DNA from: Alphaproteobacteria bacterium
GTDB lineage: Bacteria > Pseudomonadota > Alphaproteobacteria > Rs-D84
NCBI GenBank assembly: GCA_017528045.1
Contig: JAFXPG010000014.1
Location: 2,252-66,251 of the forward strand
Length of the DNA stretch: 64,000 bases
Reading direction: 5' to 3'
Shown here: positions 1-9,797 of the stretch, piece after piece
How the letters are laid out: every line of letters begins with the position of its first letter
Numbering within the stretch: the first letter of the stretch is position 1
Made by a program: the position numbers and the translations under genes
Notes under the pieces: model-generated
Database searches by the model: none
What the model saw: only the letters and a program-made list of their open reading frames with translations
What the model was told of the DNA's origin: nothing

Positions 1-2
1 TT

Positions 3-230
3 GATGGACATGTTTTTGAAGATGGGCCAGTAACACACACTTTAAAATGTGAAGCCGAGAACCTTTCTTTAAAATCAAGTAATTGTGTAGGTAAAACAAT
101 TGGAGAATGTGATATGCATTTTTATACTTGTTGGCGTGATGAACAACAAAGAAGAAATGCGGGAAAAGCAAGAGATGAATTCTTTAAAGGTTATTCAAAA
201 GAATTAGTCAGTAAAATATGTAGGTCTTAA
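3..230 (+). CDS. 3' end of a CDS entering from upstream of the window; Cys-rich hypothetical protein fragment (75 codons)
   Basis: Frame 3 is open from the window edge to TAA at 228-230 (...CVGKTIGECDMHFYTCWRDEQQRRNAGKARDEFFKGYSKELVSKICRS*). A hairpin terminator follows. No family recognised. Confidence 0.4.
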   Translation, partial: DGHVFEDGPVTHTLKCEAENLSLKSSNCVGKTIGECDMHFYTCWRDEQQRRNAGKARDEFFKGYSKELVSKICRS

Positions 231-240
231 TAAACAAAAT

Positions 241-263
241 AAAACCGCCAATATGGCGGTTTT
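241..263. terminator. Bidirectional rho-independent terminator between the convergent upstream CDS and rpmH
   Basis: aaaaCCGCCaatatGGCGGtttt: GC stem flanked by an A-run and a T-run. Confidence 0.6.
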
Positions 264-286
264 AAATTTCTTTTATAACCATCAAA

Positions 287-439
287 TTAATTAACGGCAG
301 ATACGGCCAAACGTTTACGACCGCAAGCACGACGACGATTTAATACATCGCGTCCAGATTTAGTTGCCATTTTTTCACGGAACCCATGTGTTTTTACACG
401 GCGTGTTTTAGATGGTTGATATGTTCTTTTTGTTGCCAT
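287..439 (-). CDS. rpmH: 50S ribosomal protein L34
   Basis: Hand translation of the minus strand gives [50 protein letters not shown]. This carries the classic L34 signature (KRTYQPS..R...HGFR.RM.T..GR.VL..RR..GRKRL). At 50 aa it is below the ORF-track cutoff. Confidence 0.9.
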   Translation of the reverse strand: MATKRTYQPSKTRRVKTHGFREKMATKSGRDVLNRRRACGRKRLAVSAVN

Positions 440-766
440 AATTTATCCTTTTGCTGCCCCCTATTTAATCATATGTTTTTTAAAAACGCAACTATTTTAT
501 TTAGTTTTTACCAATCCCAGCTTTTTTAAGCCTTCTTTTAATAAAAAATAACAAAAAACTAAACCCATAAATTTCCAAAATGGTAAAAATATGCTAGCAG
601 TTAACATTTTTTGTATTCCTTTATATTGTTGTTTTTATTGTATTAGTAAAAAAAATTTTGTCAAGTATTTGTAGTTAAAAAAATATTATCTTTTTTTGCT
701 TTATTTCTTGACCCAAACAGTAATTTTTTGCTAGTGTGTAAGTATTGGAAAATAAGGGAAAAAGTA

Positions 767-3541
767 ATGTCTGAAATAATTGAAACAAATAATGAAATTA
801 ATGAAATAAAGGTACCAACTTCTCCGATTGAACATGAAATGCGAACATCCTTTTTGGATTACGCTATGTCGGTTATTGTAGATCGTGCTTTGCCAGATGT
901 AAGGGATGGTTGTAAACCTGTGCATCGTCGTATTTTGTACGTTATGAACGAAGTTGCACCTGCAACAAAATCAACTGTTAAATCTGCACGTATCGTTGGT
1001 GATGTTATGGGGCGTTATCATCCACACGGAGATTCTTCTATTTATGAAGCTATGGCTCGTATGGCACAAGATTTCTCTATGGGGGAAATGTTAGTTCAAG
1101 GTCAAGGTAACTTTGGTTCTCGTGATGGTGATAAACCTGCTGCTATGCGTTATACAGAAGCACGTCTTTCTAAATTGGGTGCATCTTTGATGGAAGATTT
1201 AGATAAAGACACTGTTGATTGGCAACCTAATTTTGATGGAACTTTACAAGAACCAATTGTTTTGCCAACTAAATTCCCAAACTTTTTGGTTAATGGTGGT
1301 TCTGGTATCGCTGTTGGTATGGCAACAAATGTACCAACTTATAACTTAGGTGAAGTTTGTAACGGTATTTTGGCTGTATTAGATAACAAAGATATTACAG
1401 ATGATGAATTATTTTCTATTATACCTGGACCTGATTTTCCAACAGGTGGTGTTATTATGGGACATGCCGGGGCTTATAAAGCACACACAACAGGTCGTGG
1501 TTCTATTATAGTTCGTTCAAAAACACATTTTGAAACAATTCATGATCATCCTGCTATTATCGTAGATGAATTACCTTACCAGGTTAATAAATCACAATTG
1601 ATAATCAAAATTGCAGAATTGGTTAAGGATAAACGTATAGAAGGTATTTCTGATATTCGTGATGAATCTTCAAAAGAAGGTTTGCGTGTAGTAATTGAAT
1701 TGAAACGTGATGCAATATCCGAAGTGGTATTAAATCATTTGTTCCAAGATACAGAAATGCAATCTAATTTCCCTGTAAATATGATGGCTTTGAATCGTGG
1801 TCGTCCAATGTTGTTCACTGTAAGGTCTGTGTTAGATGCGTTTATAGAATTTCGTGAAGAAGTTATTCGTCGCAGAACAATATTTGATTTAAATAAAGCA
1901 CGTAATCGCGCACACACTTTATTAGGCTTATCTGTTGCATGTGGTAATTTGGATGAAGTAATTAAATTAATTAAAGAATCTGCAAATCCAGATGAAGCAA
2001 AAACAGCTTTGTTATCACGCGGTTGGGCTGCATCTGATATAGAATCTTATATTAATTTAATTGATGATCCAAACACAGAATATAAAGATGGCATGTTTTA
2101 TATGTCTGAAGATCAGGCAAAAGCAATTTTGGAATTGCAATTACACAGATTGACAGGATTAGAACGTGATAAAATTCATAATGATTTAACTGAATTGGGT
2201 GCTGTAATCAAAGATTTGTTGGCAATATTGGGTAGTCATGAACGTATTGTTCAAATTATTCGTGATGAAACAGCTGCTGTGCGTGATAATTGGTCTCAAC
2301 CAAGACGTACAGAAATATCAGATGCAGAAATTGATATTGATATAGAAGATTTGATTGCACGTGAAGATATGGTTGTAACTGTTTCTAATACGGGTTATAT
2401 CAAACGTGTAAGTTTGGATACATACCGTGCACAAAAACGTGGTGGTAAAGGACGTAATGCAATGACAACAAAAGATGATGATTATGTTGTTAATGTGTTT
2501 GTTGCAAATACACATACACCATTATTGTTCTTCTCTTCTAAAGGTTTGTGTTATAAATTAAAAACATATAAATTACCAGAAGCTTCCGCATCAGGAAAAG
2601 GTCGCCCATTGGTTAATTTATTACCTTTAAGCGAAGGTGAAACAATAACAGCTATTTTGCCTGTTCCAGAAGATGAAGTAAAACGCGTTGCAGAATCAGG
2701 AATTGAACATTTCTTGATGTTTGCAACTGCATCAGGAACTGTTCGTAGAAATCGTATGTCTGATTTTGATTCTATTCGTGCAAATGGAAAAATTGCAATG
2801 AAATTAGATGAAGGTGATACATTGATTTCTGTTTTACCATGTAATGAAAATCAAGATGTATTCTTGTCAACGTATCGTGGTCGTTGCATAAGATTCCCTG
2901 TTCCAGAAATTCGTATCTTTGCAGGCCGTAATTCAACTGGTGTTCGTGGATTATCTTTACAAAAAGATGATTATATTATTGGAATGGCTATGTTGAATCA
3001 TGGTGAATCTGATTCTGTGGTTCGTGCGGCATATGTGAAACAAAGTCGTGCTTTACGTCGTGCACAAACAGGTATAGAAGAAGAAGCTGATGCTGAAGAA
3101 GAAAATACATCGTTGGTTTTGACTGATGAACAAATGGCTAAAATGGCTTTAACCGAAGAATTTATTTTAACTGTTTCTGAAAACGGTTTTGGTAAAAGAA
3201 CATCTTCTTATGAATATCGTTTGACTCATCGTGGTGGTAATGGATTTACTAATATTAAACTGGGTGGTAAAAATACAGCGGTTGCAGGTTCTTTCCCTGT
3301 GAATGATAATCAAGATATTATCATGGTAACAAATGGTGGTAAGATTATCAGAACTCCTGTAAAAGATGTTCGTATTGCGGGTCGTTCTACTGCAGGGGTA
3401 ACTTTGTTCAGAACAGCTGAAGGAGAAAAGGTTGTTTCTGCAATTGCTATTGACCATGAAGAAGAATCTGTTGAAGAACATATAGATGAAAATGTGTCTG
3501 TGACAGAATCTGTGGTCGATAACAACGAAATAGCAGAATAA
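767..3541 (+). CDS. gyrA: DNA gyrase subunit A
   Basis: [40 protein letters not shown] and AAMRYTE (active-site Tyr) motifs, plus C-terminal beta-pinwheel repeats. The ATG at 767 (MSEIIE) preceded by aagggaaaaag is preferred over the ORF-track start at 728. Confidence 0.97.
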   Translation: MSEIIETNNEINEIKVPTSPIEHEMRTSFLDYAMSVIVDRALPDVRDGCKPVHRRILYVMNEVAPATKSTVKSARIVGDVMGRYHPHGDSSIYEAMARMAQDFSMGEMLVQGQGNFGSRDGDKPAAMRYTEARLSKLGASLMEDLDKDTVDWQPNFDGTLQEPIVLPTKFPNFLVNGGSGIAVGMATNVPTYNLGEVCNGILAVLDNKDITDDELFSIIPGPDFPTGGVIMGHAGAYKAHTTGRGSIIVRSKTHFETIHDHPAIIVDELPYQVNKSQLIIKIAELVKDKRIEGISDIRDESSKEGLRVVIELKRDAISEVVLNHLFQDTEMQSNFPVNMMALNRGRPMLFTVRSVLDAFIEFREEVIRRRTIFDLNKARNRAHTLLGLSVACGNLDEVIKLIKESANPDEAKTALLSRGWAASDIESYINLIDDPNTEYKDGMFYMSEDQAKAILELQLHRLTGLERDKIHNDLTELGAVIKDLLAILGSHERIVQIIRDETAAVRDNWSQPRRTEISDAEIDIDIEDLIAREDMVVTVSNTGYIKRVSLDTYRAQKRGGKGRNAMTTKDDDYVVNVFVANTHTPLLFFSSKGLCYKLKTYKLPEASASGKGRPLVNLLPLSEGETITAILPVPEDEVKRVAESGIEHFLMFATASGTVRRNRMSDFDSIRANGKIAMKLDEGDTLISVLPCNENQDVFLSTYRGRCIRFPVPEIRIFAGRNSTGVRGLSLQKDDYIIGMAMLNHGESDSVVRAAYVKQSRALRRAQTGIEEEADAEEENTSLVLTDEQMAKMALTEEFILTVSENGFGKRTSSYEYRLTHRGGNGFTNIKLGGKNTAVAGSFPVNDNQDIIMVTNGGKIIRTPVKDVRIAGRSTAGVTLFRTAEGEKVVSAIAIDHEEESVEEHIDENVSVTESVVDNNEIAE

Positions 3542-3558
3542 AAATATGGTGTGCAGGC

Positions 3559-3930
3559 ATGGAAAATAAAAACGAATATTTTATTCCTATCAATGAAGTT
3601 GCAAAACGTCTTGATGTGCCTGCACATACGTTGCGTTATTGGGAAAAACAATTTCCTGGTGCTATACGTCCAACAACTGGTGCGGGGGGGCGCAGATATT
3701 ATCGTCCAGATGTTGTTGAAAAAATTCAAACTATTAAAACTTTATTGTATGATAAAGGTATGACAATTGCTGGGGTTAAAAAGATTTTACATAATGGTTC
3801 TTTTTCTGAAGAAATTGTCGAAATAAAAAAAGAAAATAAGCCAGAATTAAAATCTGTAAATAATATCAATAATGATGAAATTGATGTTGCAATAAATTTA
3901 TTAAAACAAGCAAAAATGTTTTTAGATTAG
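3559..3930 (+). CDS. MerR-family transcriptional regulator
   Basis: N-terminal MerR HTH (IPINEVAKRLDVPAHTLRYWEKQF...GGRRYYRPDVV...IKTLLYDKGMTIAGVKK). Confidence 0.85.
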   Translation: MENKNEYFIPINEVAKRLDVPAHTLRYWEKQFPGAIRPTTGAGGRRYYRPDVVEKIQTIKTLLYDKGMTIAGVKKILHNGSFSEEIVEIKKENKPELKSVNNINNDEIDVAINLLKQAKMFLD

Positions 3931-3944
3931 ATATTTTTTTAATA

Positions 3945-3975
3945 GAAAAAAAGCCGGTGTTTACCGGCTTTTTGT
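3945..3975. terminator. Bidirectional rho-independent terminator
   Basis: aaaaaaAGCCGGTgtttACCGGCTtttt between the convergent MerR gene and the 4000-4533 gene. Confidence 0.7.
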
Positions 3976-3999
3976 TTAAAAAATCATTTAAAAACAGTG

Positions 4000-4533
4000 C
4001 TATAAATCAGCATGTTCAAGTACTGGTTGCCAAATTGATTTAACTTTTTCTTCGTCAGTATTTTTTTCTATTATTTCAAAAGATTTTTGTATGATTTCTA
4101 ATTGTTTTTTACTCCAAGGTAATTGTGCCATTTTATTGTTAAACCATGTTTGTATTGAAACAGATTCTGGATCGTGAATAATATTCATTTGTTCAAAATT
4201 TGCCGATGCCCAATCTGCAACCATTTCATACAGATTAATATCTGGAATTTCTGTTACGTTTTTATAATGTTGAATATGATGTGCTGCAGCAAAATGATGT
4301 AATCTTATAGCATCGTTACACAAATCAATGTGTTGTTGTGTTGGATGAAAATTTTTATGATATGTTTTATAGAAAATGTAAGAATATCCTGTGCGTATTG
4401 GTTCTATAACTTTATCAGAATCGTGTTCTGGAAAATGATACCCCAACAGTGACGCAAAATAATTCATAGATTGCACGTGACATTTAATGCGTGTTTCATA
4501 AAAATCAAAAATATCCTGTACGTTTATATTCAT
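4000..4533 (-). CDS. Hypothetical protein, possibly DUF5662-like (His-rich helical)
   Basis: 177-aa ORF. The block HHFAAAHHIQHY...INLYEMVADWASA resembles the HHPEH...EM.CDW.A pattern I associate with DUF5662. This is weak recall only. Confidence 0.55.
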   Translation of the reverse strand: MNINVQDIFDFYETRIKCHVQSMNYFASLLGYHFPEHDSDKVIEPIRTGYSYIFYKTYHKNFHPTQQHIDLCNDAIRLHHFAAAHHIQHYKNVTEIPDINLYEMVADWASANFEQMNIIHDPESVSIQTWFNNKMAQLPWSKKQLEIIQKSFEIIEKNTDEEKVKSIWQPVLEHADL

Positions 4534-5036
4534 AATTTTGACCTTGTTTGATTAATAATATTAAATATGGATTGATTAGAATTATTTTTAAATACGTCTA
4601 ATTCTGGGTTTGTTTTTATTATATTTAAAATACAATTATATATGTCATTTGCAATTTGATTGTTTTGAGATTTTAAAGATGTAATTAAAAATTTTCTGTC
4701 GCCATCAGGTGTTTCTTGGATTAATCTGTTTTTAATATACATTTCATATGTTTTTTTAAGTAAAGATTGCATTTGCATAGGATTCATAATTTGATTTTTT
4801 TCAGAAACAAAATCTATGCAAAAAAATCCAACATTATTTCCGTTTATATCAAAAAAACTTTTTCCTTTTTCAGGATATACAGATAAGATATTATGATTGC
4901 CATCTGGACGCATATACATACGAATTTGGATGCCATTACGTTCAGTATTAAATTTTTGAAAAAATTCAATTTCTGCATCAGAACAATCAGAACTTGAAAA
5001 TCCGTTTGGAGATCCAAATACAATTAAGCGAGACAT
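4530..5036 (-). CDS. Hypothetical protein
   Basis: 168-aa ORF. Its stop overlaps the start of the downstream gene (ATGA at 4530-4533), so the two form an operon. No family recognised. Confidence 0.55.
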   Translation of the reverse strand: MSRLIVFGSPNGFSSSDCSDAEIEFFQKFNTERNGIQIRMYMRPDGNHNILSVYPEKGKSFFDINGNNVGFFCIDFVSEKNQIMNPMQMQSLLKKTYEMYIKNRLIQETPDGDRKFLITSLKSQNNQIANDIYNCILNIIKTNPELDVFKNNSNQSIFNIINQTRSKL

Positions 5037-5054
5037 TTTTTATCCTTATATTTA

Positions 5055-5129
5055 TGGCAGTCCCAACGGGAATTGAACCCGTGTTACCGGAATGAGAATC
5101 CGATGTCCTGACCGCTAGACGATGGGACC
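5055..5129 (-). tRNA. tRNA-Glu (anticodon CUC)
   Basis: Minus strand reads GGTCCCATCGTCTAGCGGTCAGGACATCGGATTCTCATTCCGGTAACACGGGTTCAATTCCCGTTGGGACTGCCA. Cloverleaf folded by hand: anticodon stem TCGGA/TCCGG, loop TTCTCAT, T-arm ACGGG/CCCGT, encoded CCA. Confidence 0.88.
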
Positions 5130-5240
5130 TTGTATTGTGGTATATTTTATACGTAAAACAGTTTTTTTTCAATCAGATATTTTTTCATTGTATAATGATA
5201 CCAACACTGATAAAATCTTTACAAGAAATGGAAGTGTAAA

Positions 5241-6206
5241 GTGAGAAAAATATTTTTATTATTTTTTATTGTTTTTCAATGTAATGCTTTTGCTGACGAT
5301 TTAGATATAAATAATATTTTACAGATTGTTCGTGAAAATTGTTCAGATATATCAGATGATTTACAAGAAATGAAAAAGATAGCAGGTATAAATACCGCTG
5401 TAACTGCAGTTGGAACCGGAACAGGTATAGGTGCCGTAGCAACAGGAATTGCAAAGAAAAACACAGATGTAAAAGCTGAAAATTTAGAAATAAGATTGAA
5501 AAAATTGCGTAAAATAGAAGCTGAAAATCCGACTTTAACATCTTTTCAAGATTATAAAGGAATGTTAAATTCTTTGCCAGATTATATGGATGCTGATGCA
5601 GTATTAGCAAAATATTCTTCGTTGACAGAAGCTATTTCAGAAGATCAAAAAAGATTGGATGAATTAACAAAAAAATCTGAAAATTTAGGTAATTGGCGAA
5701 CAGGTTTGATGGCAGGAACAACAGCAACAGCTGTTGCAGGAACAGCTATTTCTGCAACAAATAAAGTTGATGAAGATTTAGAAACAAAAGTTAATAATTG
5801 TATAAATTCTGTTGATAAATTACGTGAACAAATTGTTATACATAAATTAAATAATGAAGATGTTTCTTATTATCAAAATATTGTTGATGTTTGCCAAGAT
5901 TATAAATATATAGATTTATCTGTTATAAATAAACGTGCAACTGGTGCATTGGTGTCTTCTGCTGTTGCAACAACCACTGGTGTGACAGGAACAATATTAA
6001 GTGCTATTTCAAACAGTAAAAAAATTAGAGATGATAACAGTGAATCTGGTAAAGAAAAAGAAAAGAATTTAAATACTTCTTCAAATGTTTTAGCAGCAGG
6101 TACAACCATAGCCAGTGCTTCTTCTACTGTATTTAATGCATTACAAATAAAAGAAATAAAGAAAGTAATTGAAACCGCAGAAAAATGCAGTGAACTTTTA
6201 AAGTGA
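5241..6206 (+). CDS. Secreted Gly/Ala/Thr-rich Cys4 protein (cassette partner, paralogue 1 of 2)
   Basis: GTG start and signal peptide MRKIFLLFFIVFQCNAFA. Four G/A/T/S-rich hydrophobic segments. Clear paralogue of 45402-46331, with shared blocks NTAVTAVGTG, LGNWRTGL, INKR.TGA and EKNLNT..NVL and four conserved Cys. Confidence 0.75.
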   Translation: MRKIFLLFFIVFQCNAFADDLDINNILQIVRENCSDISDDLQEMKKIAGINTAVTAVGTGTGIGAVATGIAKKNTDVKAENLEIRLKKLRKIEAENPTLTSFQDYKGMLNSLPDYMDADAVLAKYSSLTEAISEDQKRLDELTKKSENLGNWRTGLMAGTTATAVAGTAISATNKVDEDLETKVNNCINSVDKLREQIVIHKLNNEDVSYYQNIVDVCQDYKYIDLSVINKRATGALVSSAVATTTGVTGTILSAISNSKKIRDDNSESGKEKEKNLNTSSNVLAAGTTIASASSTVFNALQIKEIKKVIETAEKCSELLK

Positions 6207-6213
6207 GATAAAT

Positions 6214-7230
6214 ATGAGAAAATATTTTTTTATATTATATGGTTTGTTTGTTTGCTGTAATGGTTATGCAGCAGCACCACATAACTATAAAGCAGACCTT
6301 GAAAATATTTTAGAAGAAGAAAGAATTGCTTTTGATTCAATGGTGGTAGAAGATACTATAAAAAATAATATGCATTCAAATTATTATGATGTTGAAACTG
6401 CTGCAAATACTTATGATATGTTGGCAGAAAAGAATAATGGTTATTTTTCTTTAACAGAATTGTTCTATGTTTGTTTGCAATCTTTTATAGATAAACCGAT
6501 TAATGCGTGGAATGCATGCAAAAGAGATTTTATAGTTCCATTGTTAATGGAATCTGATGAATTATCTTTTATAGATGATGTTATAGTTGAAGCTTACGAT
6601 GGACATTCGTTTAATCAACCATGCAGGCCGCCAGAAACAGAACCAGCAAAAGGTGGTCTGGTTAGAAATGCAATTTGTACAACTGGATATTATGAAGATA
6701 TTGATCCTGCTTTCGAAAAGGCTATGATTACTAAATTTAGAACAGAAGGCGGTTGTGCTTATGTTAACGATGGTAATGGGAAAACTTGTTATGGTGTAGC
6801 AGGAAGAGTTCATCCAGAAGTATATAGAAAAGATTTTTCCAGAGCTGATGCCGAAAGAATTGGATACACACATTATTATACAAAGTATAATATAGATAAA
6901 TTGCCTGATGCTATACGAGGTGATGTTTTTATGGCTGTATGGGGGACAGGTAGTGCTTCTAGATCTATTAAGTTATTACAAAAAGTAATGGGAATATACC
7001 AATCGGGTGAAATTGATGAAGAAACAATATCTGCTGCAGAAAATTATGCCGGCAATTTAAGAAAAGAATTCTTAAAAGCAAGATGGAATAATATGAAACA
7101 TAATGGAAATTTTTCAAATGGTTGGGCAAAAGCTTTTATCGTATATCTAAAGAATGGTTGTCATACGGTTCCTTCAATACCATTAGAACGCAATGAAGAA
7201 ACAGTTGCAGAATGTAAAAAAATGCAATAA
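6214..7230 (+). CDS. Secreted protein with C-terminal GH108-type (COG3926) N-acetylmuramidase domain
   Basis: Signal peptide MRKYFFILYGLFVCCNGYAAA. The C-terminal half FRTEGGCAYVNDGNGKTCYGV...GDVFMAVWGTGSASRSIKLLQKVMG...GEIDEETISA matches the GH108 pattern (EGG..D..G.T.YG...D.A.N.G...A...LQ...G...DG.IG..T). Confidence 0.72.
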   Translation: MRKYFFILYGLFVCCNGYAAAPHNYKADLENILEEERIAFDSMVVEDTIKNNMHSNYYDVETAANTYDMLAEKNNGYFSLTELFYVCLQSFIDKPINAWNACKRDFIVPLLMESDELSFIDDVIVEAYDGHSFNQPCRPPETEPAKGGLVRNAICTTGYYEDIDPAFEKAMITKFRTEGGCAYVNDGNGKTCYGVAGRVHPEVYRKDFSRADAERIGYTHYYTKYNIDKLPDAIRGDVFMAVWGTGSASRSIKLLQKVMGIYQSGEIDEETISAAENYAGNLRKEFLKARWNNMKHNGNFSNGWAKAFIVYLKNGCHTVPSIPLERNEETVAECKKMQ

Positions 7231-7280
7231 TTTATCACTGGTTTTTATGTTGATAATAAACAATCTTTATTAAAATTATT

Positions 7281-8321
7281 TTAATACTTTTGTTTTTGTA
7301 GTTGTTTTAATAATGTATGTTCTATTGTATAAGAAGATAATTCTGTTGCTGATTGTTTATATGCTTCAAAGTTTTCACTTGGTTCTTTGTATGTTATTTT
7401 ATCTTGTTGGATTAATTGTGGACCAACTGCACCCAGTTCTGGTTTTAATGAATCTATGCTATGATTTAATTCATGTGCAAGTATGGTAATCATATTATAA
7501 AAAAAGTTATTACTTAAATTTTTTGAATTTTTTATATTATTAAAATGCAATCTTATGAATGATACAGGCTTGGAACATGGATAAGTAGAAGGAGATTTCA
7601 TAAATTCGTGCTTTATTTTCTTTATTTCTTTATCTGATAAACCTTGTGGAATTTCCAGTCTGTAACCAACAGTTTGATAACCTTTTTCTCTGCTGTCTTG
7701 ACATTTAGGTTTTATATCAGATTTTTTCCAATCGTCTATTATTTTAACAGAAATTCTGTCAGGGCCTAACCCGTAATCTGAACAAAAATCAGCAGTCAAT
7801 GCATTAAACAATTTTTGGTATGCTTGTTTTTCATAATCTTTTTCGGCTTTTCGTGCAGCATTAACCAATTTTTTGTTTTTATTTAACCTTTGTATCCAAT
7901 CGTATGCGACTTGTTCAGATAAATCAAATCGGTTTAAAGTAAGATAATAAAAAGCTTCACGTATTTCTTCTTCAGGTACACGATTCTTTATGTTTTTTGC
8001 AAGTTTTTTTGAAAAACTGTTAAAAGCACCTTTTATAAAATCTAAATCTTGAGATGCTGCCATTTGAAATATAGATAAGTTTCTTGGTCTATATTTGTCT
8101 AAACTAATAGCTTTTTTTAATCTTGATATGTATTCATCAACTGTGAAATCGTGTATTTCTAACATTTTTTTACACATAGGATGAATTTGTGACTTTATAT
8201 CAGATTGTTCTTGTTTTGTTTTTGCTTTTTTATATTGTTCTAATAATTTTATATTATCTCGAACTATTTGTATTTCAATATTACTTCTGCTTTTGTTAAA
8301 AATTATTGATTTATCTTTCAT
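7281..8321 (-). CDS. Hypothetical protein with C-terminal HExxH zinc-metallopeptidase motif
   Basis: 346-aa Lys/Glu-rich ORF with an ILAHELNHSID motif near the C-terminus. Family not recognised. Confidence 0.6.
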   Translation of the reverse strand: MKDKSIIFNKSRSNIEIQIVRDNIKLLEQYKKAKTKQEQSDIKSQIHPMCKKMLEIHDFTVDEYISRLKKAISLDKYRPRNLSIFQMAASQDLDFIKGAFNSFSKKLAKNIKNRVPEEEIREAFYYLTLNRFDLSEQVAYDWIQRLNKNKKLVNAARKAEKDYEKQAYQKLFNALTADFCSDYGLGPDRISVKIIDDWKKSDIKPKCQDSREKGYQTVGYRLEIPQGLSDKEIKKIKHEFMKSPSTYPCSKPVSFIRLHFNNIKNSKNLSNNFFYNMITILAHELNHSIDSLKPELGAVGPQLIQQDKITYKEPSENFEAYKQSATELSSYTIEHTLLKQLQKQKY

Positions 8322-8372
8322 TTTGTTTACCTTATCTAGTATAATATTATCATATAAGCAAGGAAATATATA

Positions 8373-9050
8373 ATGAAAAAATTGATGATATGGGATTTTG
8401 ATGGTGTTATTGCTGACAGCGAAAAATTATGGGTTCAATGTTGGGATGAAATATTAGTTAAAGAGAAAAATATAAAATTGACTGATTTAGAAAAACAAAA
8501 TTTATTGGTTGGTGTTTCTGATAAAACCCGCAAAGAAAGACTTGAAACCCTTATACCAAATTTAAAATTAGATGATGATTTTATCAAGAAAATTAGTGAT
8601 ATGGAAGTTTATATGGGAACTAATTTTATGACGGCTATACCTGGGGTTGAAGATGTTATGAAAAATAATAATTTTGAACATTGTATTGCAACAGGTGCAA
8701 CCAAGGAACAGCATGAATGGAAAATGACACAATTCAAATGGATTGAAAAATATATGACATCAAAAGATTTTTTTACGGTAGATATGGTCGAACATGGTAA
8801 GCCTGCACCAGATTTGTTTTTATTAGCAGCAAAAACAAAAAATTATTCATCAGAAAATTGTATTGTTATTGGTGATAGTGTTAATGATTTTATTGCTGCA
8901 AAATCTGCTAATATGAAATGTATAGCCTTTATTGGTGCAACTGGCAACAATAACAAAGAATATCGTAAAGTATGTGAACAACATAATGTTGATGCGATAT
9001 GCGAAAATATGGAAGAAGTGAATAAATTTATTTCTGGTTTACAGAACTAG
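8373..9050 (+). CDS. HAD-IA family hydrolase (beta-phosphoglucomutase-like)
   Basis: Motif I MIWDFDGVIADSE and motif IV GDSVNDFIAAKSANM. Confidence 0.85.
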   Translation: MKKLMIWDFDGVIADSEKLWVQCWDEILVKEKNIKLTDLEKQNLLVGVSDKTRKERLETLIPNLKLDDDFIKKISDMEVYMGTNFMTAIPGVEDVMKNNNFEHCIATGATKEQHEWKMTQFKWIEKYMTSKDFFTVDMVEHGKPAPDLFLLAAKTKNYSSENCIVIGDSVNDFIAAKSANMKCIAFIGATGNNNKEYRKVCEQHNVDAICENMEEVNKFISGLQN

Positions 9051-9783
9051 ATTTTTCATTGTTGAAATAAATATTTGCATATTCTGCCATTACATCCACA
9101 ATAATACCTCTGTATCCAAATTTATCCCAATTATGTGAACATGTCACCAATGCAGGTTTAAAATCTTCAAAAGCTGTTTGATCCCAATCTATAAAGAAAG
9201 TGATATCAAAAGTTTTAGTATCTAACATAAAATTCTGCCAAATATCATGTTGAAACCATCCATATAAAAATCCAGGTTTCGCATCAGGTGTTGGTTTTAA
9301 ATCACGTATTTCTTGTGGGTCTGATTTTCCAATAACGTATAAAAAATTCGCAAGTTGTTTTGCGATATGTGTTTGATGTGCACCAATTACAGATGGTTTT
9401 ATATCTGTTAATAAAGTTCCCTTGGCAAATTCATATTCACGGATATAGATGTTTTTGTATTGTATAATTTTCATCTTAGGAATTTTTATAGGTGAAATAT
9501 CATAAAAAACATCTGTTATGCGTTTTTCACGCAAAGCTGTTTCTTTACCATCATTAAGCAAAGGAAATTTAAAAACACGTTCATCATTTAAAATAACAAT
9601 AAAATTTTTACAACCGTACCCAACAGTAGTTGTTATTTTTCTTTTTTTCATATTGCGTGAAATATCACGTATATAACGAACATATTCATGTGTTTGAGGA
9701 AAACGTATCATTGTTCTTATTTTGTCGCGTAAAGACTTTTTTGCTATGAAAGCACAAACAATATTTGATAAAAAATGTCTCAT
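9028..9783 (-). CDS. Kinase-like protein (APH/choline-kinase-like fold, tentative), paralogue 1 of 3
   Basis: Basic N-terminal helix (AFIAKKSLRDKIR), a GW.Q.D...NF block and an IDWD motif. Paralogous to 13075-13764 and 15521-16240. Confidence 0.65.
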   Translation of the reverse strand: MRHFLSNIVCAFIAKKSLRDKIRTMIRFPQTHEYVRYIRDISRNMKKRKITTTVGYGCKNFIVILNDERVFKFPLLNDGKETALREKRITDVFYDISPIKIPKMKIIQYKNIYIREYEFAKGTLLTDIKPSVIGAHQTHIAKQLANFLYVIGKSDPQEIRDLKPTPDAKPGFLYGWFQHDIWQNFMLDTKTFDITFFIDWDQTAFEDFKPALVTCSHNWDKFGYRGIIVDVMAEYANIYFNNEKSSSVNQK

Positions 9784-9797
9784 TTTATTTACCTTAA

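Noticed and set aside
497-607. 36-aa hydrophobic mini-ORF (MLTASIFLPFWKFMGLVFCYFLLKEGLKKLGLVKTK) on the minus strand between rpmH and gyrA, with an AAGGA 9 nt upstream
   Set aside because: It could be a real small membrane peptide, but it is too short to support from sequence alone and sits in an AT-rich divergent promoter region. It would need conservation or ribosome-profiling evidence.
3674-3680. G7 homopolymer inside the MerR gene as a phase-variation tract
   Set aside because: It encodes the conserved TGAGGRRYY segment of this MerR subfamily and the reading frame is intact. There is no evidence of an alternative frame with meaning, so it is likely just codon choice for Gly-Gly.
4987-5172. 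61-aa ORF on the minus strand
   Set aside because: It is almost entirely the translation of tRNA-Glu and its flanks.
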